From contig NC_082717.1 in assembly GCF_030144855.1 (NCBI RefSeq), positions 4,898,001 to 4,962,000 of the forward strand: a DNA stretch of 64,000 bases, written 5' to 3'. The position numbers were made by a program, and so were the translations under genes. The stretch is from Hypanus sabinus (lineage: Eukaryota). Every line of letters starts with the position of its first letter. Within the stretch, counting starts at the first letter, position 1. Shown piece after piece: positions 38,605-53,000 of the stretch. Under the pieces are notes generated by a model. The model was not told the DNA's origin and did not search any database. It worked only from the letters and a program-made list of their open reading frames with translations.

Positions 38605-41600
38605 TGTTCAGTATGACCGGCAGTATAATAAGGGACTACTTTATGTTGTAGGGACACATCATTGCATGTGCTATTCGGCACCTATTGAGCATGTGCTATT
38701 AGGTGCATATTGATCTGTACGTGTGTGCCGAGTTCGTTTACTACCAGTAACGAACCATGAACCCTGGTTCCCGTCTCCAGCGTTTTTATTAATAGCATTG
38801 TTGTGTAACCAGGCAACATACACAACAAGAGGTACAAGCAAGCTGGATAAACTCAGCTTCTTTCAACTGCTTCTTTCAACGGAGACTGCCCGACCTGCTG
38901 AATTCATCCAGCTTGTTTGTACGTCTTGATTTGACCACAGCATCTGCAGTGTGCTTTGTGTTTAACATACACAACAAATTGGAGAAGAGGCTAATGAACC
39001 TACATTGTTTTGGAACGCGGTTTTTTAATTGATAACGACACTCGGAAGAAGAATGCAAGGACCGAGCCAAGGAGTTGGAGAAGGAGGTAGAGCGAGGTCG
39101 CGAGTCTGAAAGGAAGCGGGAGCATAGCCGCGGTTGGGAACGTCGGGAGACCAAGAAACTAAGTCAGAGCCGCGGCACATCCAGCCGAGACCACAGCCGG
39201 CACTGACCCCCAGGGACAAAGGATCTACCTGCCCTATAAGGGAGATAAAAAGGAGCTACTCACACAGCCAGACGGAGTGTGCTCGCAAAAAGGACACGTG
39301 AGTCAAAAAGAAAACAAGGGGAAAACTGGACTAAATTAACATAACAAAGATGGCAATGATTGAAATCTTTACAGCATTTGATAGTGGCATTGAAGACTAG
39401 GCAATTTACATTGAACGAGTGGGGTTATATTGTGAGGCTAACAGGGTTAAGGATGAAAAGAAAGCCAGAGTCTTACTCAGGCTACATCCACACTAGACCG
39501 GATAATTTTGAAAACACCGGTTTCGCGTAAAAACGATAGGCATCCACACTATGCGTTTTTGAAAATATCCCTATCCACACTGAAACGGAGATTTCGGCGA
39601 ATCTCCTCCTCTTGCACATGCGCAGGACACATCTACCGAAAACAAGTGACAGGTTTGGTGTCGAATCTCGCCGTAAGAGTGCGCGTTTGTGTAGTTACAG
39701 ACTAGGAAAAAAACTTAAAATGACGGACAGCTGTTGGCTCTTGCACAGGAGAATCTAAAAGTAAAAAAAAAACAAATACTGGAGCGTACAAGGAGGCAAC
39801 CAACAGAGAGTTCACGGACAGATTGATCCGGCTGACGACGAACATCGAAAAACTGACTAACTCTGTTGCATTAATAAAGCACCTTGTTAAATGTATAAAA
39901 CATGTCTGCATCAGTATTATCTTGTATTTCCATACAATGTTACATTAGGCTGTTACACATCTATTTCCAGAGAAGTACTTGCATAAATAGGTAAACCACC
40001 TTCATGAGCAAGGACAGAAAACAGGGCAAAGTGAGTATACTTATTTATTCAGTAAGTTATGGGTCAAATTATTTGGTGAGTACATTTCTAACTCTTCTGG
40101 CTTCAGTCTCTTTGCCGTCTGTTCTGAAATTGTTAGGTTACGTTCAAGAAAACAATGAAATGGCACGCTGCCGTCTGACAGCATTTTCAGATTTCTCCGG
40201 TTACCCCATCCACACTGATCTGCCCGAGCAGCATTTTCAGAAATACCCACCCTGAAAAGCTTTCTGAAAACCTCCAGTTTCAGGGGATGAAAACACCATT
40301 TTAGTGTTGACGGAGGGTAAAAACGAAGGTGAAAAGCTTCAGTTACGGAATTATCTGGTGTAGTGCGGATGTAGCCTCGGTATTATCGGAGCCAAAACAT
40401 ACATTGCTATGGTTTGTTAACCCCTGAAAAGCCAGCTGACAAAACGTTCAAGAAAATAGTAGATACTCTTCAACAGCATTTAAACCCCAAACCACTGGTT
40501 GTTGCTGACAGACTTAAATTTCAGAAATGGAGTCAGAGCAAAAATGAAAGCATTCCTGCATATTGTGCTGAATTGCTCAAATTATCAGAACATTATCAAT
40601 TTGGAGCTGGTCTATCAGACATATTGAGGGACAGGTTAGTCTTCAGCGTACACTATGAAACCACACAAAAGAAGCTTCTGTCTGAAAGAAACCTTGCAAT
40701 CAAGAAAGTGTAAAACATTGCAATATCAATTTGGGAACTAATTGTGGGAACAAGTCACATCTACCAGATGACTGTTGGTTTAAAGACAAAGAATGCATAA
40801 ACTGTGGCTAACGGGGCCACATTGGCAGAGTATGCAAAGCTAGTCAACAACAGAAAAAGGGCAAACATACAGAGAAACAAGAAACCCCAGTTGGGAAAAT
40901 ACAACAAGGTACACAAAATTAAAGAAGGCAGTTCTGATGAAAGCAACTCTGTTGAAAGTGAATTGTCTTGTCTGCAACTTCACAGCGTGAAAGAGAGATG
41001 ATCGAAGAGTAATATGGATCACTCCATAAGTGGCAGGCATGAGACTGAAAATGGAGTTGGACACAGACTCAGATTTAACAGTGATCTCTGTACATGACTA
41101 CAAATGACTGTTTTCGCACATACCTCTGAAACGAACTAAACTACTAGTAAAGACTTAGACAGGACAGAAAGTGCATCCTGAAGGCAAAATTAAAGTGACA
41201 GTGACCTACAGAGATAAAACACAGCAACTGAACCTCTATGTACTGAGAAATGGAGGACCACCGTTGCTGGGATGTGAATGGCTCAGGCAAATCCGGTTGG
41301 AATACCACACCATCAAGGCACTAAATGTGGTGATTTTATAGTGACTGTTAACCCAGTTCTCTGCAAAGTACAGTATCCATTCCCTCGTATTGAGGACATC
41401 TTTGCTTCCCTGTCAGGAGGAGAACTTTTCACAAACTTCAATTGAACCAGGCTCATCTCCAAATAGAAACTGATGAAGCTTCCAAGAAATACCTGACAAT
41501 AAATACACACAAAGGACTTTACCAGTACAACAGGTTGGTGTTTGGGATAGCATCAGCTCCTGCAATCTGGCAAAGAGCACTGGACCAGGTCCTGCAGGGG

Positions 41601-44208
41601 ATTCCAGGGACTCAGTGTGACCTGGATGACATCATTGTCACCGGCAAAGATGACAACGAACATCTTTCTAACCTTGAACAAGTGCTCACCAGGTTACGAG
41701 AATATGGGCTCAGAGCCAATGTGAGTTTTTCAAAAAGGAAATCTCATACTGTGGGCATGTGATCAACAAAGATGGCTTACGCGTCTTAAGACAAGACAGA
41801 TGCAGTGCTTAAGGCACCGCCACCCAAAAATGTGTCTCAGCTGAGAGCATTCTTTCGACCAGTTAACTATTACCACATGTTCTTGCATAACCTATCCACA
41901 GTCCTACACCCACTAAGTGCAGTATTACAGACAGGAACACAACAAAAATGGACTGAAAGTTGTAACAAAGTGTTTCAAGAAACTAAAGGACTCATAAATT
42001 CAGAAAGGGTACTCGCACACTTTGACACCTCCTTACCAATCCAACTAACATGTGATGCGTTGCCCCGTGGGATAGGAGCTGTGTTATTGCACATCATCCA
42101 GATGGCTCAGAAAGACAAATAGCCTTTGCCTCAAGAACGCTAAATTCAGCTGAATGCAACTATACACAGATTGACAGAGAAGCACTAAGCCTCATGTGGG
42201 GAGTCAGGAAATTCAGCCACTACCTGTATGGCCAGAAGCTTACCCTGTTGACTGACCATCAGCTGCTCATGTCAATCTTCAGTCCAAGAAAAGGCATTCC
42301 AGTGATGACAGCACAAAGGCTGCAGCAATGGTCTCTGTTCTTACGAGGTCACAGGTATGACATTGAACACAAGGGGACTAAACAACACGGCAACGCAGTT
42401 GGCTTGTCACGTTTACCACTGCTGACTTCTGAGATAACTACATAAATAGATTCAGCAGAGGTCTTTCACACAACAATAGCTGAACAATTACCAGTGACAA
42501 ACAGCCTCATTGAAAGGGAAACACGCAATGACCCTATGTTGTCAACAGTGTATGACATCACGGTAAAGGGATGGCCAGCGCCGGGTAACACACTGTTTCC
42601 AGCCTTGTCATTGGAAGGAGCAGTTGTCAGTGTGTCAGGGAACTCTAATGTGAAGCTGACAAGCTGTGGTTCCTCCCAAGCTACACACCAGACTGCTGGA
42701 GGAACTGCACAAGGGGCACCTGGGTACCATGAAGATGAAAGTCTTGCCCATGCCTATGTGTGATGGCCAGGAATCAAACAACAGATTGATGACATGACCA
42801 AGAACTGCTCTGAATGTCAAAAGACCCAGAATACACCACCACAAGCCCTTCTCCATTTGTGGGAGTGGCATTCATCACCATGGCAACGTGTGCACATTGA
42901 CTTTGCTGGACCATTCATGGACTCTATCTTTTTAATCGCCATTGATGCACATTCCAAATGGCCAGAAGCAATCAAAATGAAGACAACCACATCGGAAAAG
43001 ACCATCACAGTGCTGAGGACCATGTTCGCCAGGAGTAGCATATGGGAGCAAATCAGCACAGACAATGGACAACAGTTTGTCTCTGAAGAATTCCAAAGTT
43101 TTGTAAAAAACAATGGAATCAAGCATTTTACATCTGCCCCTTACCATCCATCCACAAATGGCTTTTCAGAAAGATTTGTGCAGACATTCAAGAAAGCCAT
43201 CAAGGCAATGGACAGTGAAAGTCGACCACTGCAACACAAGATTGACAACTCCCTCCTTGCCTATTGTAATGCAGTACATGCAACTACTAACAAGACTCCA
43301 GCGATGATGTTTCTGAACAGGAACCTGAGGTCCCGCATGGATCTTCTCAAACCAGATGTACGGCGTGATGTGGAGAACAGACAGTTCAAATACCTGAATG
43401 CTGAGTCAACTTGGAGCTTCAGTGTGGAACAGTCAATTCTTGCATGTGATTACTGGACTGAACAGCAGCAGCTGGTTATAATTTCCGCCATCGTCAGGCC
43501 ACTGATGTATAGAGTACAGGTGGGAGAGACTGTGTGGAGATGTCATGTGGACCAAACACTGGATGCTCAGGTGAAAAACACAATAACACCTTGCCAGGAC
43601 TACCCAGATATAGAAGCAAACACTCCTGCTGTGACCACATCAGCCTCATCTACAGATAAGCCTGTCATCAGTGCTGAGAACCCACCTGAGGCACCTGTGG
43701 AGATTCATTCCCCAAAGCAAACTTTTCAAGTCAGATGTAATCCGGAGAGGCAGAGAAGATGCTGCAGAGACTCGAGTTATAAATGGGTCTTAGATCAAAA
43801 GTAAAAACAAAAGTAAAACAAAGTAAAAAAAAAACTAAAAAAGGACATGTTATAATTTGATATTATTATGTTACTTTGTTATGATTTGATATCATTGTTA
43901 CTAAATAAACAATGGTAGGAAATGTTTAGCATAGACACCCAATAAAAAAAAGTTGATACACTATTAAAATAAAAGGGGAGGAGTGTACTATATGACCTAC
44001 AGTATAATAAGGGACTACTTTATGTTGTAGGGATGCATTGTTGCATGCACATATTAGGCACATATTGAGCATGTGCTTTTAGGCATGCATTGATCTATAT
44101 GTGTGTTCCAAGTTCATTTTCTGCCAGGTAAAGAACCATGAACCCTGGTTCCCATCCCCAGCGTTTTTATTAAAAGCATTGTTGTGTAGCCAGGCCATAT
44201 ACACAACA
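38605..44208 (+). mobile_element. Gypsy LTR retrotransposon (gag-PR-RT-RH-IN), degenerate
   Basis: LTRs 38605-38827 and 43984-44208; PPT aaaaggggaggag; TSD AATAG/GATAG. Gag at 40414..40713, RT LFTINTHKGLYQYNRLVFG-like motif (YLTINTHKGLYQYNRLVFG...DLDDIIV), RNase H YTQIDREAL, integrase WQRVHIDFAGP...PYHPSTNG (42794..43804). Confidence 0.92.
39480..40376. mobile_element. Non-autonomous PIF/Harbinger-like DNA transposon (897 bp) inserted in the Gypsy gag
   Basis: TIRs GGCTACATCCACACTA / TAGTGCGGATGTAGCC; 3-bp TSD TCA/TCG; removing it restores gag ...RVLLSIIGAKTY. Confidence 0.75.
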
Positions 44209-45149
44209 GATAGAGTCTTTTAAAGAGTCCTGCATAGGTACATAGAGCTCAGAAAAATAGAGGGCTATGGGTAACCCAAGGTAATTTCTAAGGTAAGGAC
44301 ATGTTTGGCAGAGCTTTGTGGGCCAAAGGGTTTGTATTGTCCTGTAGGTTTTCTATGTTTATAACCTGGGACTTTTCTCTTTGGATCAAATTCAGGTGAT
44401 TAAAGCATAATTTGAAGATTGGAGGACAGCACAGGGAAATGTTCGAGTAGGTTTTTTTCCTACATAGTACATACAGTGCAGTACAAGATATATGATCAAT
44501 TAAACCATTCCCTCCTGTATAATCCTCCATTTTTTTGTCATTTATGTGCCCATCTAAGAGGCTCTTAAATACCCTCATATAGCTGACTCTACCACCAACA
44601 TTGGCAGGGTGTTTCCTGCACCTACTACTCTCTGTGTAAAGAACATATCTCTCCTTATGTTCCCAAAATTACCTTAAAATAATGCCCCTTGCATTAGTCA
44701 TTTTGTCCTGGGAAATAGTCTCTGCCTAATCACTTGATCTGTACATCTTATCCTCATGTACACCTCCATCCAGCCACCTTTCATTCTCCTTCATTCAACT
44801 TGTTTTCCTAAGACATGCCTTAAAGTGTTAGCAGAATCCTGGTAAATCTCATCTGTACTCTCTCTAAACCTGTAATGTGAAGACTGGGACTGAACACGAT
44901 ATTCCAAGTGTGACCTCACCTCGCGCTCTTGAACTCAATCTCGGGACTCATGAAGGCCAACACACTTCTTAATAACCTGATCAACCTCTGTGACAAATTT
45001 GGGAGATCTCTACACATGGACACTAAAATCACTTTGTTCCTCCACACTACTAAGAACTCTGCCATTAATTGTGAATCCCCAATCATGGTGTTTACAGCAA
45101 ATCTGCAGATCTGGTTAACCATATTATCAAGTCCAGTCAAGTCAAGTTA

Positions 45150-46310
45150 GCTTTATAGTCATTTTGACCATAGCTGCTGGTACAGTGCATAGTAAAAATG
45201 AGACAATGTTTTTCAGGACCATGGTGTTACATGACACATTACAAAAACTAGGCTGAACTGCGTAAAAAAAACAACACAGAGAAAAAAAAACACACAATGA
45301 CTACACTAGACTACAGACCTACCCAAGACTGCATAAAGTGCACAAAACAGTTCAGGCATTACAATAAATAATAAACAGGACAATAGGGCAAGGTGTCAGG
45401 CCAGACTCTGAGTATTGAGGATTCTGATAGCTTGAGGGAAGAAACTGTTACATAGTCTGGTCATGAGAGCCCGAATGCTTCGGTGCCTTTTCCCAGATGG
45501 CAGGAGGGAGAAGAGAGTGTATGAGGGGTGCATGGGGTCCTTCATAATGCTGTTAACTTTGCGGATGCAGCGTGTAGTGTAAATGTCCATGATGGCGGGA
45601 AGAGAGGCCCCATTGATCTTCTCAGCTGACCTCACTATCCGCTGCAGAGTCTTGCGATCCGAGATGGTGCAATTTCCGAACTAGGCAATGATGCAGCTGC
45701 TCAAGATGCTCTCAATACAACCCCTGTAGAATGTGACGAGGATGGGGGGGTGGGAGATGGACTTTCCTCAGCCTTCGCAGAAAGTAGAGACTCTGCTGGG
45801 CTTTCTTCACTATGGAGCTGGTGTTGAGGGAGCAGGTGAGTTCTCCGCCAGGTGAACACCAAGAAATTTGGTGCTCTTAATGATCTCTACCAAGGAGCAG
45901 TCGATGTTCAATGAGGAGTGGTCGCACCGTGCGCTCTTGAAGTCAACAACCACCTCTTTTGTTTTGTTCACATTAAAAGACAGGTTGTTGGCTCTGCACC
46001 AGTCCATTAACCACTGCTCCTCCTCAATGTAAGCTGACTCATCGTTCTTGCTGATGAGACAGTCATGTCATCAGCGAATTTGATGATGTGGTTCGAGCTG
46101 TGTGTTGCAGCACAGTCGTGGGTCAGCAGAGTGAACAGCAGTGGACTGAGCACACAGCCTTGGGGGGCCCCTGTGCTCAGTGTGATGGTTTTGGAGACGC
46201 TGCTCCTGATCCAGACTGACTGAGGTCTCCCAGTCAGGAAGACTAGGAGCCAGTTGCAGAGGGAGGTGTTCAGGCCCAGTAGGCACAGCTTTCCAATCAG
46301 TTTCTGAGGG
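45150..46310 (-). mobile_element. L2/Rex-type LINE 3' part
   Basis: [21 protein letters not shown]...KFADD (46007..46381); NKTKEVVVDF; LLPSGKRHRSI...FFPQAIRILN (45396..45635). Confidence 0.85.
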
Positions 46311-47002
46311 ATGATTATCATCCGGATCATTGATACAGATGGCAAACAAAAAAGGACCCAGCACTGATCCCAGCAGAACAAGACTAGTTACAAGCCTTTA
46401 ATCAGACAGGCAACAATCTACTACATTAGGCTACTTAATGTCTTCTTGTTGCCCTCCTGATCTCTTTCTTAAGTGTTCTTTTGCATTTCTTATAGTCCAT
46501 AAACATCTCACTTGTTCCAACCTGCCTATACCTGCTATGTACCTCCTTTTTCTCTTCACCAGGGCCTCAAAATCACTTCAAAACCAAGATTCCTGATGAA
46601 GAGTCTCGGCCCGAAATGTTGGCAGTGCTTCTCCTTATAGATGGTGCCTGGCCTGTTGTGTTCTACCAGCATTTTGTGTGTGTTGTTTGAATTCCCTACA
46701 CTTGTTATCTTTACCTTTTATTCCAATGCATTTATAAGCTTTCCAGTGTCACAATCCACACTTGCCAGATCAATTCTGATGTCATCAAAATTGGCCTCTC
46801 TCCAATTTAGAATCTCAGTTCATGTACCAGATGTAGCTTTTTGCATAATTACTTTGAAATTGCTGTCATTGTGGACACTAGATCAAGTGTTCCCCTGTAC
46901 GTGTTTCACCCGACAGATGCTGCTAATTGTACTGAGTTTTTCAGCCAATTGTTTATTCTCCTTACCTCTGCTCTAATAGAGACTGCTTTACTTTCTTCCC
47001 TG

Positions 47003-50000
47003 TGTCATGAATCCCGTGACAAGTTGAAAAGTACCAGCAGAAATGGAACACACCTGGAGTCTGGTTTACTATAAATTAAGACTATATTTATCACTACTAT
47101 GAATTAATATCATTAAAACCAGATAATACAATACAGGTTATAAACTATTATATATATATATCTCCATAAATGTGTGTGTGTGTGTGTGGATACAAAGATA
47201 ATAGTCCCAGACGTAGATATCAGTCTTACGGTATTAGGTAAGTTTAAGTAGTTCAGTTCACTTTGTGTGGCATCGAGTTGAATTGATGGAGGAGAGAGAG
47301 TTAATTGAGTTGATGTTTAAGTTGGTAGCTTTAGTTGTTCTTGCTTCTGAAGTGTTTAGAGTCACTTCGTGTGAATCCCACACAGACACAGATGGACAGA
47401 GCCCCTTCTAGGGAACGGTCTACTAACCCACGGCACAGGTTCACTACCAGCAGACCTCCACAGGCAAGCTCTTACCCATGCTGGTATTCATGGGTCAAAA
47501 TTAATCGGTCCGTGGCCTCCACCCCCATGGTGGTATTAAACTCCATCAGTGGTTTCTCGGGTAGCTTCCGCAATTCTCCCATGTCATGTCTCGTCTGCCA
47601 TTGTCAGACAAAAGACTCAACTTCTATAATCCATTGAAATTCCAGCCGTCCATTAGATCAACTGCTCTGAGCTGTTACCATGGCGACTTCCCAGCTCGTG
47701 TGTCAGCTGGGACCATACTCTCTCTCCCAAGGTCACAATTAAAAGTGTTATCAAAACCAAGTCAGAGTCCTTTCTCTCTTTTAATTGCCTCCTTGTTCAG
47801 TAGATTGCTGAATTTTCTAGAAGTTTCTCATCGGTGTGACACCTTCCCCCTTTGGAAACATTTTGATCTTTGAGCAAAATTTTGCTCACTCACAGATTTT
47901 ACACACCAAGCACTACATTCTACTTCACAAAGTGTACATTTAGCATTTACACGGTTCATCAGCATTTTTTTAACAGCGGGATAGGCAATCTGCAATGACA
48001 TTGTCTGTACCCCTTAAATATCTTATCTTGATATCAAACTGCTGTAAACATAGGCTCCAGTTTAATAAATACTGATTTTGATCTTTAATCTTATCTAAAC
48101 ACACCAAAATGTTGAGGTCAGTGTACACCACTAACGGCTTTTATGCGGCACTGACGTAAACCTCGAAATGTTGTAATGCAAAAATGAGGGACAGCCATTC
48201 TTTTTCTATTGTCGAGTAATTTTTCTGGTACACGTTAAACTTTTTGGAAAAGTATGCCACCGGATGTTCAATACCATCATCTCCCCTCTGTAACAGCACC
48301 ACTCCTGCAGCTTCATCTCTAGCGTCCGTCATTAGGGAGAACAGCTTAGTGAAGTCCGGTGCCTTTAGCACTGGATGATGACACAAGTTACCCTTTAACC
48401 TTTTGAACGCCTTTTGGCAATGCTCATCCCACACAAATCATTCACTCTTTCTCAACAGTTTTGTCAGTGGAAGGGCAATATCCACAAAGTTCTTGCAAAA
48501 TTTTCGATAATATCCCACCATACCTAAAAATCTTCTCAAGGCTCTCTTACCCATTGGAATGGATACATCAGCAATAGCCTGAACTTTCCCTTTCACAGGA
48601 GCCAGCTGACCCTGGCCCACCATGTAACCAAGATATGTGACCCTGGCATAACAAAACTCACTCTTGGCAAGATTAACTGTCAGATTAGCTTTAGAGAGCA
48701 GGTCAAATAATTTCTCTACTGTTACAATGTGTTCCTCCCATGTGTCGTTCCATACTACTAAATCGTCAATATATGCTCCAGTATTTTTCAAGCCTTGAAT
48801 CACAGAGTTTATCATATGTTGGAATGTCCCAGGAGCATTTTTCATCCTGAAAGGCATCACATTATACTCATACAACCCTGAGGGGGTGACAAATGCTGAT
48901 ATCTCTTGAGCCCTATTGGTTAAGGGAATGCACTAGTACCCTTTTAGCAGGTCAATTTTTGTTAGGTACTCAGCCTTCCCCACCCTATTGATACAGTCAT
49001 CTATTCTGGGAATAGGGTAAGCATTTGTTTTGGTTATTGTGTTGCCCTTTCTATTAATCTGCAAAATCTCATTGTCCCATCGGGCTTGGGAACTACCACA
49101 CATGGGGAAGCCCACACAGAGGTGGATGGCCTGATAATACCATTGGCCAACATATATTCGATTTCCTGTTCCACTACTTTACTACATTTTAAATTCATCC
49201 TGTAAGGGTGCTGTTTCACTGGATCAGCCTGCCCCACAATGACATCATGTGTAGCTATACTACACTACCTCGGTGTATCTGAGAATAGATTGGAATGTTT
49301 GCCAATTAGCTCCTTTACCTGTTGTTGTTGCTTTGGTTCCAGGTGGTTAATTGTACTGTCTATGTTCTCCAAAACACTAGCATTCTTGAGTCGAGCTGAA
49401 ACCAGACACTGCTTATTACACTCTTCCGTTATCTCTGGGCTAGTCTTTGCAGCTGGGTCTTGTTTGGTCATGACCCCAACTGATATGGATTTAAAGTCCA
49501 AAATAAGGTTTGATTAGGTTCTCATGCACTAATTGAGTGGCCTTCCATCTACCAGGTGTCTTGATAACATAGTTCAGCTCATCAATTTTCCTCATTATTT
49601 CATAAGGTCCACTAAATTGAGCCTGGAGAGGGGTATTCTCCAAGGGAAACAAAACCAATACTTTATCTCCAACCTCATAGCTTCGCTCCCTCGCCTGTCT
49701 GTCATACCAGCGCTTCATATCAGCCTGGGAGTCTTGGAGATTTTGTTTCGCAAGGTCACAAGCCCTGCTCAGCCTGTCTCAAAACTCTAAGGCATAATCC
49801 AATACCCCAATTCTCACTTCCTTCTGAGACCATTGCTCTCTCAGTAAGGTCAAGGATCCTCGAGGTCTATGACCGAACACGAGCTCAAACAGACTGAACC
49901 CCAATGATTCCTGGATCAAATCTCTTACTGCAAATAGAAGTAAAGGTATATCCTCATCATAATGTTTTTCATTTTCTATATAGCACATTTTAATCATGGT

Positions 50001-53000
50001 TTAATCATGAGGGTAGAGAGAAACCTCCCTATCGCTCCTTGGGATTGGGGATGGTATGCCGTGGACAAGATTTGTTTCACTCCCAGTTCCATAACTATCC
50101 GTTGAAATACACCTGATGTAAAATTACTGCCCTGATCCAATTGTATCTCCTTGGGCAGACCCACTAACGTGAAGAACTTAATAAGAGCCTTCACCACTGT
50201 TTTAGCCTTTAAGTTCCTGAGGGGTATTGCTTCTGGGAACCTAGAGGCAGCGCACATAATGGTTAACAAGTATTGGTGGCCTCCTGCAGTCTCTGGCAGT
50301 GGGCCAATACAATCCATAATGACCCTGGACAAAGGTTCGCCAAAATTTGGTATGGGGCGAAGTGGCGCCTTTGGGAAAGTCTGATTTGGTTTCCCTACCA
50401 CTTGACATGTGTGACAGGTTTTACAAAAAACCGCCACATCCTTTCTTATACCCGGCCAATGAAATTCTTTCATAATCTTGTGCCCTGTCTTTCTAACTCC
50501 AAGATGCCCCCCTAAAGGCACTGTATGAGCCATCTTTAAAATTTTGGTATGGTAGCCCTTTGGAAACACCACTTGGTGCACCACAGCCCAATCCTCATCG
50601 ATAGGTAATACCCCATTCCTCATTAATACCCCATCTGTCAGATAGTAACCCATTGCCTCCCTCTGAATTTCATCCTCAGAAAGAGCTGTCCCTTTTAAAA
50701 CTGCAGTCTCAGGATCCCAGTCCTGCTTTTCCATAAGCTCCCGCCTGGACAATGACAAACCCCTTTTATCCTCCTCACTACCTGAGTCCTGGTTGAACAC
50801 GGATGGTAGAAAAGTTTCAGATAAGTCAATAGGATCCGTAACCCTGTCTTTGCTATCACGGGCACTGACCCCTCCCGTCCAGATCGCTTCACTTCTGCAG
50901 CCTTCATTGTCATGCTTCTTGTGACCGCGCATGCGGGATAAAGTTCACTGTCTGCACTTGTCTCACTAACAGCAGGCCGGTTTGTTAGCTGTAACCCTGG
51001 GTATACATCTTCTCCTGCCTGGTCATTGCCCAACAAGATGTCCACGTTAGCTATTGGTAATTTAGGTCTTATCCTTGTCTCAACTGGTCCAGACACTAAG
51101 TCACCTTTTAAAATTATTTTTCTGCAAAGGCATGACCTCTGTTCTCTTGCCAATTCCTTCCAGAATATTCACTTGGTCCATCTTGTCTCATCACCAAATT
51201 CGAAGTCATCACTTAATATCTGTGACTGAAAGGGTCCAGTATCATGCCAGATTCTCACTGGAACTAGGGGTGACCCTTCCTTCACAGACACAAAACCTTT
51301 GATAATAAACCACTCAATCACTTTCTGAACTCGGCCAGACCCCTTCTACCTTGGTGTGGTCTCAGCTGCTGGCGCACATGGCACATGTGTCGGGAGTTTT
51401 CCCCTTCTCCTTTCCCATTTCTTTCTTCTGAAAAGGACAGTTAGACACCACATGGCCAGGTTTCCTGCAGTAGTAACGGGTAAAACTGGAAAACTTATCT
51501 TTGGTTGTTTACCTCTTTACCTCTGTCACTAACTCCTGCCTTGTTTACTGTGTTACTTGGCGGATTATCCTGGTAACTCTTCTGATAAAACTTGCTCAGG
51601 AAAACTTCATCTTGTGAGTCAGGGCAAACTCATCCGCTAACCTAACAGCTGCGGAAAGAGTCTCAACCTCTTTCTCTTCTAAGTATGTCCGTATCTCACC
51701 AGGGACACACTCTTTAAATTCCTTGATCAGCATCAGCTGTCACACTTTGTGGTAGTCCTCGTCTACCTCTTTTGAGGCATACCACTGATCAAAGTATCTT
51801 TCCTTTTCATGGGCAAACTCTATATATGTCTGGTTCCCAGACTTTCTCAAACCCCGAAACTTCTGTCTGTATGCTTCTGGCACCATTTCATAGACCTTAA
51901 GTACAGTCTCCTTCACAGCATAATAATTAGTCGACTCAGTCACAGACAAGGCAGAATATGCTTGCTGTGTCTTCCCTTTTAACACATTTAGCAGCAATAC
52001 TGCCTAGTTCTCCCTCGGCCACTTCCTGTTCTGAGCCACTTTCTCAAAATGTAGGAAGTACCTATCCATGTCTCCTTCAGCAAGTGGAGGTACCAACTTA
52101 ATTTCCTGACTGACATTAATTGATACACCTCTTGCCACCACGGCCTGACACTTGACCCTCTTGACACCGCATCTCCCTCTCAAACTCCCTCTGTTTCTCT
52201 GCCTCTGCAGCCTCCAACTTAAGTGTCTCCATTCTTAATTGTTCTAGTTGTAACAGGGTCTCCTCATTACCTGTCATAAACTCCTGTAGTGACTCCTCCT
52301 CAAATAACTCTTTCCCAACACAATATTCAGCTAATTTCCAATGAATTCCTGCCTTTGTCATACTCCTCTGTATTCTGGAATGTTTCCATTTTTTAGCAAT
52401 GTCATATATAACCTCCTTTCTGGCTCTCCGCAAAAATAGAGTAGGGTTCTCTATAAATTCAATAACCTCCATTTCTGCTGTTTTCCACACACAGATTAAT
52501 TACAAGGGATTTCCCCAATCAAGACAAGCACCCACAATTTCGAAAATTTGCTCGAACCAAATTTGTTCAGATCCCGGACGCAGGCCCCAATTTTGTCACA
52601 AATCCCATGACAAGTTGAAAAGGACTAGCAGAAATGGAACACACCTGGAGTCTGATTTACTATAAATTAAGACTATATTTATTACTACTATGAATTAATA
52701 TCATTAAAACCAGATAATACAATTCAGGTTATAAACAATTTTATATAAATATATCTTCATAAATGTGCATGTGTGAATACAAAGATAATAATCCCAGAAG
52801 TAGATATCAATTTTATGGTGTCAGGTACGTTTAAGAAATTCAGTTCACTTTGTGTTGCATCAAGTTGAATTGATGGAGAGAGAGAGAGAGAGTTAATTGA
52901 GTTGATGTTTAAGTTGGCAGCTTTAGTTGTTCTTATTTCCGGTCTTTAGAATCACTTTGTGTGAACCCCACACAGACACAGATGGACAGAGACCCTTCTA

